From Candidatus Doudnabacteria bacterium (GTDB lineage Bacteria; Patescibacteriota; Doudnabacteria; UBA920; 2-01-FULL-46-14), in contig JAHFJD010000001.1 in NCBI GenBank assembly GCA_023246055.1, positions 2,781-66,780 of the forward strand: a DNA stretch of 64,000 nt, in the 5' to 3' direction. Position 1 is the first letter of the stretch; the number at the start of each line of letters is the position of its first letter. The notes beneath the pieces are model-generated. The model worked only from the letters and a program-made list of their open reading frames with translations, searched no databases and was not told where the DNA came from. Below, one piece after another: positions 1 through 7,694 of this stretch. The translations under genes were made by a program, and so were the position numbers.

Positions 1-182
1 TTTGAAATATGAATAGTTAGAGTTTTATTTTTGAGGCTCACAATATTGATGTCTTCGTCTGGGAAAATTTTTTTTATTTCTTGGCGGCATAAATCCAACA
101 CCTTGGCAATCTCGATTTGGCGGGAGAGGTCGTCTTTCTTGCTAAATTTGGCAGACAGGATATGGGAAAGTTTATTGAACAT
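1..182 (-). CDS. DUF721/DciA-like protein (partial, runs off left edge)
   Basis: Minus-strand ATG at 180-182; translation MFNKLSHILSAKFSKKDDLSRQIEIAKVLDLCRQEIKKIFPDEDINIVSLKN... resembles DUF721 proteins that usually follow recF; no stop within window. Confidence 0.45.
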   Translation of the reverse strand, partial: MFNKLSHILSAKFSKKDDLSRQIEIAKVLDLCRQEIKKIFPDEDINIVSLKNKTLTIHIS

Positions 183-1278
183 CTCCCACCCCCTCTCCAT
201 CTCCCCCTCGGGCAGGGGGAGAAATTGCACCCGCGTCTATATTGAATATTTGAGAATTGTGCGGCAAAAAATCCTTGATCTCTTCCAAGTGTGCAGTGGT
301 GAAAAACACTTGCTCAAAGGATTTGAGAAACTCGAGGAGTTGCTGCTGGTGAATGCTATCAAATTCGGAAAACACGTCATCGAGGAGCATAATAGGGGTG
401 TGACCGGATTTCACTAAATACTCCTTTTCCAAAATTTTTAAACCTAAAGTAATCGCTCGCAGCTGCCCACGTGAAAAATATCCGACGATTGGCTGATCGC
501 CTGCCATCAAAACCTCAAAATCGTCGCGATGCGGACCAATTGAGGTTGTTAATCTCTCCATGTCATGAGGTCGGGTAATCTCAAGTCTCCGCACAAATTC
601 GGACTTTTCAGTATTCCCACCTGCGTGATAAACGATTTGGACATTAAGTATCTGGGGAGATAGTGTTGTTAAAATTTCTCTCAAGTGTATATTCCCAAAA
701 TCTACAAATTCTTGTCGATACTTGGTAATGACGCTCCCGAAATCGGCCAGTTGTTCATCCCAAATCTCCACTGCCGTGTTTTGTGCCAAGGCCAAGTTGC
801 GCTGTTTCAAGGCTTGGTTATATTGCTGCATTGCATGCCGATATTCTGCTGAAACAGCAGATAAAGTTTCATCGAGGAAGCGGCGCCGGCCTGCTGGTGA
901 ATGGGTCAGCAGATTTAAATCCTCTGGCAAAAAACTGATCATCGCTTGTTGTCTTGCAAACTGATCTCGGGACACAGCTTGGCCATTTATTTTCAACTGC
1001 TGTTTTGATCTGCCTTCGGTCCTTTCCAAAAAAACCTCCACAACCCTACCATCACTCATTGTCAGCCTTAGACGAAAAAAAATCTGCTTGTTATTAATCA
1101 GTTGGTCAAGTGCGCTCGTCGGAAATCGGCGCAAGGCTAAACCGAAATATAAGGCTTCTAAAAAATTAGTTTTCCCCGACCCGTTTGGTCCGCTCAAAAT
1201 CACAAAACCAGGATTGAACGTCAACTCCAGATTTGATAGGTTGCGGAAGTTTTGAAAAGCCACTTGCTTTATATACAT
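172..1278 (-). CDS. recF: DNA replication/recombination protein RecF
   Basis: 368 aa, Walker A GPNGSGKTNFLEA, RecF signature, position between dnaN and DUF721; C-terminus extended by GC-rich hairpin repeat (ISPPARGGDGEGVGD). Confidence 0.85.
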   Translation of the reverse strand: MYIKQVAFQNFRNLSNLELTFNPGFVILSGPNGSGKTNFLEALYFGLALRRFPTSALDQLINNKQIFFRLRLTMSDGRVVEVFLERTEGRSKQQLKINGQAVSRDQFARQQAMISFLPEDLNLLTHSPAGRRRFLDETLSAVSAEYRHAMQQYNQALKQRNLALAQNTAVEIWDEQLADFGSVITKYRQEFVDFGNIHLREILTTLSPQILNVQIVYHAGGNTEKSEFVRRLEITRPHDMERLTTSIGPHRDDFEVLMAGDQPIVGYFSRGQLRAITLGLKILEKEYLVKSGHTPIMLLDDVFSEFDSIHQQQLLEFLKSFEQVFFTTAHLEEIKDFLPHNSQIFNIDAGAISPPARGGDGEGVGDVQ

Positions 1279-1370
1279 AAACTATGACCCCCTCTCAATC
1301 TCCCCCTCACGAGGGGGAGAAGAAAGAGGAGGCCTTACTAATCCATATACAAAATTCAATATTCGATATT

Positions 1371-2465
1371 CTAAATCTTGATTGGCATCACGATATAGAG
1401 ATAATTATCCCGCCCTACCGGCATAATCGCCGCGGGCGAAGACGATCCGATGATTTTCAACACCACACTCTCATCACCAAGATTAGACAGACATTCCAGA
1501 ATATACCGGTAATTAAAAATAATGGAATTTTTCTCGCCACTAATCTTTGCGTCCAGTCTTATTTCACTGTTCCCCACCTGCGCAGATTGCGCTTTGATGA
1601 TGATTTGTTTTTGCTGTGGATTAATCTCGAGTTCAATGTTGTTATTTTCAGTAGAAAACAGGCTGACAGCCTTTAGGGACTGTGTAAATTGGTTTTTTTT
1701 TACTTCTGCTTCGGTTGTGAAATTTTTGGGGATAATTTGTTTATAATCTGGGTATTGTCCTTCAATGAGCCTGGAAATAAGCTCTGTCTCAGCGGAACGA
1801 AAACAAATTTGCCCATCGCCAAGAAATATCTCTATAGGCCCCAAACTAATGATTCTCGCCACCTCGTTAACCGCTCGTGTTGGTATAATGATTTGTTTAG
1901 GGGTGGTTATTGGGGTGAGAAGAGGAACTTTTCCTTCAGTTAATCGATAGCGATCAGTGGCGGCTAATGTTAGGTTACTTCCTTCAAATGTAAACAAAAT
2001 TCCAGAAATTTCTGGCTGCGTCTCAGAAAACGATGCCGCAAAAGTCACCTCTCCAATACAATCAATCAAATCCTTTCCCTCTATTTTTGTAAAAACCCCT
2101 TCTTTTATTTTTGGGATAATAGGAAATTCCTCGGACGGCAAACCGTTGATATTGGTTTGGGTTTTCTCGGCTTCTAAGGATAAAATTTGGTTTTTGCTAT
2201 TTATTGTTATTTTCTCTGCTGTAATATTGTTCACATAATCATTCATTAATCTTGCTGGGACTGTTATCTCTCCTTCCTCTTCGATTTTTCCCCCAACCCA
2301 AGTATTCACCGCCATTTCTAGATTAGTTCCAGAAAGTCTTAATCCACCTTCTTCTGTTTTTAATAAAATATTATTCAGAATTGGGAGGGTGTTCCCAGAA
2401 CCAATAATCCGTGAAGTAATAGCGAGACCAGAGTTTAGATTTTTTTTTGTGCACACCATTCTCAT
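1371..2465 (-). CDS. dnaN: DNA polymerase III beta sliding clamp
   Basis: 364 aa, typical three-domain DnaN sequence, downstream of dnaA. Confidence 0.9.
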   Translation of the reverse strand: MRMVCTKKNLNSGLAITSRIIGSGNTLPILNNILLKTEEGGLRLSGTNLEMAVNTWVGGKIEEEGEITVPARLMNDYVNNITAEKITINSKNQILSLEAEKTQTNINGLPSEEFPIIPKIKEGVFTKIEGKDLIDCIGEVTFAASFSETQPEISGILFTFEGSNLTLAATDRYRLTEGKVPLLTPITTPKQIIIPTRAVNEVARIISLGPIEIFLGDGQICFRSAETELISRLIEGQYPDYKQIIPKNFTTEAEVKKNQFTQSLKAVSLFSTENNNIELEINPQQKQIIIKAQSAQVGNSEIRLDAKISGEKNSIIFNYRYILECLSNLGDESVVLKIIGSSSPAAIMPVGRDNYLYIVMPIKI

Positions 2466-2674
2466 AATATTAAATTAATCTTTTAATAATAGTAGTATTC
2501 ATAATATATCCTGTGTAAATGTTTATATTGAAATTTAACACCATATTTATTTGGGCAAACATATAATTGATATCAAAGGAGAGTGTTGTTTACATGGGGA
2601 GAGGGTGTTGGAAACTTCTCTCTTAAAAAAATCCCAGAAAACTTATCCCTAATTTTTCCCCACCTCATTCCCAA
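2466..2674. promoter_or_regulatory. AT-rich dnaA-dnaN intergenic region, candidate oriC/DUE
   Basis: 209 bp strongly AT-rich between dnaA and dnaN; only weak DnaA-box-like 9-mers (TTATCCCTA at 2645-2653). Confidence 0.3.
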
Positions 2675-4102
2675 CTAATCCATATATATTTTATTGGTGA
2701 TGAGGCTTAACTCTTGTCGCAAACTATCTTTTTGTTTTAACAAATTTTGTACCTTATCTATAGCGTGAATTACAGTCGTGTGGTCACGGCCGCCAAAAAA
2801 CTCACCAATCATCGGCAGGCTGGTCTCCAATTCTTTCCTGATAATGTACATAGAAATTTGCCGTGGCGTTACATATTCCTTCTTCCTCGATTCTTTGATG
2901 AGGTCATCCACAGATACGTTGTAAAAATCAGCAACCACTGACATGATGGTTTTTGGGGAAACCAAACGTTTTTTTGGAGGGAAAATAATGCTAGCGAGAA
3001 GATTTTTAACTTTTTCTAGTGTCGGGTTTGTGTTGTTGAGCTGGCAGTAAACTATCAACCGGTTTAAAGAACCTTCTAACTCACGAATATTCGTTTCTAT
3101 GGTTTGGGCGATGTATTCTAGGACCTCGGCATCGACTTTATAACCCCGTTCCCCCACTTTCGCCTTGAGAATGGCGAGTCTGGTTTCAAAATCGGGCGGT
3201 TGGACATCAGCAATCATCCCCCATTCAAACCGCGATACCAAACGCTCTTCAATGGCGGGAATCTCTTTGGGTAGGCGGTCTGAAGACAGAACAATTTGTT
3301 TATTATTTTGATGAAGAGCATTGAAGGTATGGAAAAATTCCTCTTGGGTTTGTTCTTTGCCCGCCAAGAATTGCACGTCATCAATCAGCAATACATCGAT
3401 TGAACGGTAGAGATTTTTGAATTTTTCAGTTCTATTCTCCCGAACAGCCTGAATAAATTCATTGGTGAATTTTTCCGAGGTCACATATAAGACGCGTCTA
3501 GTATCCATGTTTCGTAAATACGCATTGCCAATCGCTTGTATGAGGTGGGTTTTACCAAGGCCAACCCCGCCATATATAAATAATGGGTTGTAAGCTTTGC
3601 CAGGAGTTTTTGTTACCGCTTGGGCCGCCGCCGCCGCCAGTTCATTGTTCCCCCCAACAATGAAGGACTCAAATGAATATTTAGGATTGAGTCCGGAATT
3701 CAAAACAGAAGGGCGAAAGCTATTTGTTTCAAGATTTGGGGGGGCAACATTTTTTTTGACTTCTATTTTCTCCGCGATTGGAGCTGGATTGTTGTGGCCA
3801 CTCGCGATCCGATATTCTACAATCTTTACAGACGGATCAATAAGTTTAAAAGCCTTCAAAATATCTTGGTGGTATTTATTGACCAGCCATTCTTTGGTAA
3901 AAGTATTGGGAACACCAATAGTAATTTTTTCGTCATGCTGTTCCAAGATCGAAGTGTTCTTGAACCAAGTGGTGAAGCTGGCTTTTGATAATGTCAATTC
4001 CAGGTTTCCTAGCACCGCCTGCCAAATTTGCTGTAAAGAGTTCACAAGTAATAAATCCTTTGATAAGTTATATGAGCAGTTTACCAGAATGATTATCAAC
4101 AT
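2675..4102 (-). CDS. dnaA: Chromosomal replication initiator DnaA
   Basis: 475 aa, AAA+ Walker A GGVGLGKTHL, C-terminal DnaA DNA-binding domain; N-terminal start uncertain. Confidence 0.9.
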   Translation of the reverse strand: MLIIILVNCSYNLSKDLLLVNSLQQIWQAVLGNLELTLSKASFTTWFKNTSILEQHDEKITIGVPNTFTKEWLVNKYHQDILKAFKLIDPSVKIVEYRIASGHNNPAPIAEKIEVKKNVAPPNLETNSFRPSVLNSGLNPKYSFESFIVGGNNELAAAAAQAVTKTPGKAYNPLFIYGGVGLGKTHLIQAIGNAYLRNMDTRRVLYVTSEKFTNEFIQAVRENRTEKFKNLYRSIDVLLIDDVQFLAGKEQTQEEFFHTFNALHQNNKQIVLSSDRLPKEIPAIEERLVSRFEWGMIADVQPPDFETRLAILKAKVGERGYKVDAEVLEYIAQTIETNIRELEGSLNRLIVYCQLNNTNPTLEKVKNLLASIIFPPKKRLVSPKTIMSVVADFYNVSVDDLIKESRKKEYVTPRQISMYIIRKELETSLPMIGEFFGGRDHTTVIHAIDKVQNLLKQKDSLRQELSLITNKIYMD

Positions 4103-4279
4103 GTAAAATCAACAAAAATAGCTTTTAATAAGGCAATTTTTGAAAAATTTGAGGATAACTTGTGCATAACCAGTGCATGATCCCTCACCTTTTACAGAAC
4201 GCGGAAAATCTGTATAATTAATTCCATAAAGTTATTTTTTTACTATTTTGACTACCTGTCAAAAATTAAAAGGTGAGGG
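4103..4279. promoter_or_regulatory. Divergent rpmH/dnaA promoter region with DnaA-box-like TGTGCATAA and 13-bp inverted repeat
   Basis: TGTGCATAA at 4161-4169 (1 mismatch to TGTGGATAA); perfect inverted repeat GATCCCTCACCTTT (4178-4191) / AAAGGTGAGGGATG (4271-4284) overlapping rpmH RBS. Confidence 0.3.
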
Positions 4280-4414
4280 ATGAAGCGAACATATCAACCA
4301 AAAAAGAAACATAGGAAGCGCAGTCATGGTTTTCGGCGGCGTATGAAGTCACGCGGGGGGCGGCGGGTTTTGGCATCGAGAAGGTTGAAAAAACGAAAAA
4401 GTTTGACAATTTAA
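4280..4414 (+). CDS. rpmH: 50S ribosomal protein L34
   Basis: 44 aa [44 protein letters not shown], below ORF-table size cutoff; RBS GGTGAGGG upstream; stop immediately followed by rnpA ATG. Confidence 0.85.
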   Translation: MKRTYQPKKKHRKRSHGFRRRMKSRGGRRVLASRRLKKRKSLTI

Positions 4415-4747
4415 ATGTTGCCCAAACAAGCTCGATTAACTCAAGAGAAAGATTTTTCGCTTGTATATAAGAAGGGCCGCCGCGTTTCATCGCACAATCT
4501 GCGACTTTTTTTTCTAAAGACACCCCGAAACTTCAATCGTTTCGGTTTTGTGATATCCAAAAAAGCCATTGCTCATAGCACGGGCCGCAATCGGGTGAAA
4601 AGAAAATTGCGAGCAGCCATCTGGCAGGAGCGCCACCAGCTTAAAACCGCCTATGATATTATCATTCAAGGACTGTCGGGCAGCGCAAGCGTCAGTCCAC
4701 ATGCATTGTGCGAAGAACTCCTAAAACTTTTCGAGAAAGTACCATAA
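4415..4747 (+). CDS. rnpA: Ribonuclease P protein component
   Basis: 110 aa basic protein, RnpA-like, canonical rpmH-rnpA order. Confidence 0.85.
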   Translation: MLPKQARLTQEKDFSLVYKKGRRVSSHNLRLFFLKTPRNFNRFGFVISKKAIAHSTGRNRVKRKLRAAIWQERHQLKTAYDIIIQGLSGSASVSPHALCEELLKLFEKVP

Positions 4748-4752
4748 CCGTC

Positions 4753-5001
4753 GTGAAATATATAGTAGTTAACTTAATAAATTTATATCAGCGTATACTC
4801 TCTCCTGACCACAGCGCGTGGGGGAAGCATCGTTACCCATTTGGTTATTGCCGTTTTTATCCGACCTGCTCTGAATATTCCAAACAAGCGATTCTGACTA
4901 ATGGTTTTATTTTGGGCGGGGTCAAGGCTGTGGCACGAGTTTTGCGCTGCAACCCTTTTTCAGCGCCGGCCATTGACCCTGTGAGTAAAGTCTCTGACTG
5001 A
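4753..5001 (+). CDS. yidD: Membrane protein insertion efficiency factor YidD
   Basis: CRFYPTCSEY motif; proposed GTG start at 4753 avoids overlap with rnpA (ORF table starts 4708). Confidence 0.75.
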   Translation: MKYIVVNLINLYQRILSPDHSAWGKHRYPFGYCRFYPTCSEYSKQAILTNGFILGGVKAVARVLRCNPFSAPAIDPVSKVSD

Positions 5002-5006
5002 TCAAA

Positions 5007-5702
5007 ATGGAAATATTTCACCTGATCCTTATAAAACCCTTACTCAACCTCCTTATACTTGTTTATAATTTCCTGCCGGGCAGTGATATGGGGCTCGCGA
5101 TCATTGCTGTTACGATCTTCGTGCGAATTATTTTATTCCCATCATTTCAGAAATCTCTGAGAGCGCAAAAGGAACTCACGGAACTCCAGCCAAAACTCGA
5201 GGAGATCAAGGAAAAATATAAAGATGACAAGGAAGCGCAAACCAAAGCCACCCTGGAGTTCTATAAAACTAACAAAATAAACCCCTTTTCTTCTTGCCTA
5301 CCACTCTTGATTCAGTTGCCATTGTTGCTTGCTCTTTACACAGTTTTTCGGTCCGGGCTAGCAGGGCAAATTGCGGGTGAGCTCTACTCTTTCGTTGCAA
5401 ATCCAGGTGTTATTAACACGAAATTTTTAGGTTTTCTTGAGCTTTCTGCGCCGAGCCTGGTCCTTGCATTGCTCGCTGGTGTGTCGCAATTTTCGCAGTC
5501 AAAACTCATGGTCCCCAAGACCAAAACAGCGAAGGACAAAACCGCGAACATGATGAATTTGCAGTTGACTTATTTTATGCCTATCATCACAGTGATCATT
5601 GCCCGGAGGTTGCCGGCCGGTCTCTCGCTTTATTGGATTACAACCACGCTCTTTGCCATCGGCCAGCAGTGGTATATAATGAGGAGGCATGGACCCCGTT
5701 AG
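5007..5702 (+). CDS. yidC: Membrane protein insertase YidC (short form)
   Basis: 231 aa, multiple TM segments, YidC/Oxa1 family, position after yidD. Confidence 0.85.
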   Translation: MEIFHLILIKPLLNLLILVYNFLPGSDMGLAIIAVTIFVRIILFPSFQKSLRAQKELTELQPKLEEIKEKYKDDKEAQTKATLEFYKTNKINPFSSCLPLLIQLPLLLALYTVFRSGLAGQIAGELYSFVANPGVINTKFLGFLELSAPSLVLALLAGVSQFSQSKLMVPKTKTAKDKTANMMNLQLTYFMPIITVIIARRLPAGLSLYWITTTLFAIGQQWYIMRRHGPR

Positions 5703-5755
5703 AAATACTTGATGATTTCAGCGGGGCGATTGATTAACTTTTTATTTCCAATAGG

Positions 5756-6208
5756 GTGGAAGAAAAATACGGGACGATAAAACAGATCATCGCAGAGATT
5801 CTGCAACATATGGGGATCGAGGCAGAAATTGAAAACCGGTTTCTAGAAGAAACCGTGATTTTTAATCTCCGAACCCCGGATTCAGGCATGCTCATCGGCC
5901 AATATGGGGCAAACCTCGCCGCATTCCAGTATCTCGCCAGGCTCTTGGCGTTTCGGCGTTTGGGCGAGTCTGTGCGCTTTGTGGTAGATGTCGAAGATTA
6001 TAAAAAAACTCGCGAAGAATTTTTGCGAGAGTTGGCGAGGCAGGCCGCTGATCGCGTGCGAGAGACCAGACAAAGCTTACTCTTGAAGCCGATGTCAGCC
6101 TATGAACGCCGAATGGTGCACGCGGAGATCGGCAACATGCCAGATGTGATGAGCGAGTCAGCTGGCATTGATCCGGAACGAAGAGTGTTAATCAAATTGA
6201 AAATCTAG
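5756..6208 (+). CDS. jag: Jag/KhpB R3H-domain RNA-binding protein
   Basis: 150 aa, KH/R3H-like C-terminus (YERRMVHAEIG), canonical position after yidC. Confidence 0.75.
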   Translation: MEEKYGTIKQIIAEILQHMGIEAEIENRFLEETVIFNLRTPDSGMLIGQYGANLAAFQYLARLLAFRRLGESVRFVVDVEDYKKTREEFLRELARQAADRVRETRQSLLLKPMSAYERRMVHAEIGNMPDVMSESAGIDPERRVLIKLKI

Positions 6209-7654
6209 AAACGGCAAGACGTAGACGAGCCAGAAGAGGATAGAGAGATCGTTTTTGAAATAGGAGACGTCGACCAGACTGTGGAGCACGATCATTGCCA
6301 TGCCGGCTCCGGCAGCGAGGGCTAACCCCCTCTTGATCTCCCCCTCACGAGGGGGAGAAATTTGTTTTTGCCCCTCCTCGTGAGGGGGGGAAGGGGAGGT
6401 AACAGTTTTGTATATTTTTTTGTAAAATAGAATCAATAGCCCAATGATACTTAGCAATCCTAAAAGCCCGGTCTCCACCCAAAAGGTCAGAAAAAAATTG
6501 TGCGGATAGTTTTGAATGACCCGATCCGGGCCGAGGGGGTAGTTTTTGTAGGCTTCACGAAAACCCGTTAGCCCTACCCCAGTTATGGGATGATGCTTCA
6601 ATATATCCACTGCCGCAGTCCACAGCACATAACGATTTTCTTTGGATGGGTCAGCATGAGTGAGATTTAGAAGTTTGGCGCGGGAGACGGGGATGGCAAA
6701 GACAAGAGTGATAATAACCAATAGCGATAACAATAACTTTGGGGTGCGCGACCTCTCCTGGCCTTCGGCCACCCTCCCCTCGCCAGGGGAGGGGATAAGG
6801 AATGCGACCCCAACAAGGGTCGCCGCCAAGGCCAGCCAGCCCGCGCGGGAAAATGTTAAATAAAATGCAACCAGTCCAAATCCGAGCGCAGTCCACCTCA
6901 ATTTGTTTTTGGGCAGCATGATTAGCATGGTGAGAACGGGCCCTAAGAGCAAGGCCAATCCATTGGGGTGGTTTAGTAATGACACGATTCTGCGCTCCGC
7001 AAAACTGACGTCCCACCAGGAGGGCGGGAGATTTTGCAAGGTCAGATATTGATAAACTCCAAACGCAGATAAATACAAAACCAGGACGGTCATGCTTTGG
7101 AATAATTTTTTCAATTTTTCTTGCGAATCAATAGTAAGGCGCAGCAAGAAATAAAAGAGTATCGGTTCAAAAAAATAAGCTTTGAAAATACCAGCGGCTT
7201 TGAGCGTGTCTGGGGCGATGAATACAGAAATGACGGCCGCAAGGAGGAAGAGAATAATAAAAATATATTGGGCCACCCCCCACCTCACCTCCTCGCCTCG
7301 CCTTCGCTCGGACGAAGCGCCCCCCACAAGGGGGGAGGAATCCCTGGTTTTTATTCCTTCCCCTTGTGGGAGAGGGTTAGGCCTGCCCGCCATTGGCCTT
7401 GAGCCTTCAGGCGATTGGCAGGCGGGGAGGGGCGAAAGGATTGAAAGTATCCGCGGGTTTCGAATTAAAGCAATAACTTCCACTGCCGCCAATAGCAAAA
7501 TCATCCCTTCGAGAAATGTCGCGGGGACTCCGAATACTTGAAAACGAATTTGATAACTCGGCAGTCCCAGGACAATGAGATAAATCCCCCACTCTCGCCG
7601 GTAAAGACTTGCCACCAAAAAACCAATTAGACTGATTATTATCCAAGGGTTCAT
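6188..7654 (-). CDS. O-antigen ligase/Wzy_C family polytopic membrane protein carrying three in-frame GC-rich repeat insertions
   Basis: 488 aa; HPHNFFLTFWVETGLLGLL Wzy_C-like motif; insertions encode SPSPPHEEGQKQISPPREGE, IPSPGEGRVAEGQERS and a ~55-aa G/P/R-rich segment. Confidence 0.6.
   Translation of the reverse strand: MNPWIIISLIGFLVASLYRREWGIYLIVLGLPSYQIRFQVFGVPATFLEGMILLLAAVEVIALIRNPRILSILSPLPACQSPEGSRPMAGRPNPLPQGEGIKTRDSSPLVGGASSERRRGEEVRWGVAQYIFIILFLLAAVISVFIAPDTLKAAGIFKAYFFEPILFYFLLRLTIDSQEKLKKLFQSMTVLVLYLSAFGVYQYLTLQNLPPSWWDVSFAERRIVSLLNHPNGLALLLGPVLTMLIMLPKNKLRWTALGFGLVAFYLTFSRAGWLALAATLVGVAFLIPSPGEGRVAEGQERSRTPKLLLSLLVIITLVFAIPVSRAKLLNLTHADPSKENRYVLWTAAVDILKHHPITGVGLTGFREAYKNYPLGPDRVIQNYPHNFFLTFWVETGLLGLLSIIGLLILFYKKIYKTVTSPSPPHEEGQKQISPPREGEIKRGLALAAGAGMAMIVLHSLVDVSYFKNDLSILFWLVYVLPFLDFQFD
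6337..6390. repeat. GC-rich hairpin repeats (family 1) TCTCCCCCTCACGAGGGGGAGA plus second hairpin CCCCTCCTCGTGAGGGGGGG, inside CDS
   Basis: Perfect inverted repeats directly visible; same motif recurs at >=14 sites. Confidence 0.8.
7255..7440. repeat. Composite GC-rich insertion (family-1-related hairpins plus CCTGCCCGCC/GGCAGGCGGG motif) inside Wzy-like CDS
   Basis: ~185 bp of >65 % GC inside an AT-rich gene; contains CCCCCCACAAGGGGGGAGG hairpin and GCCTGCCCGCC...GGCAGGCGGGG. Confidence 0.6.
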
Positions 7655-7694
7655 ATTCGTATCATTCGAATGTTATTCGTATATTGGAATCGCT

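Noticed and set aside
31-417. ORF 31-417 (+), 128 aa
   Set aside because: Antisense to recF/DUF721. Its sequence includes translation of the GC hairpin repeat (LSISPSGRGRN). No RBS or homology.
1284-1676. ORF 1284-1676 (+), 130 aa beginning MTPSQSPPHEGEKKEE
   Set aside because: Starts inside a family-1 hairpin repeat and runs antisense through dnaN, so it is a spurious repeat-seeded ORF.
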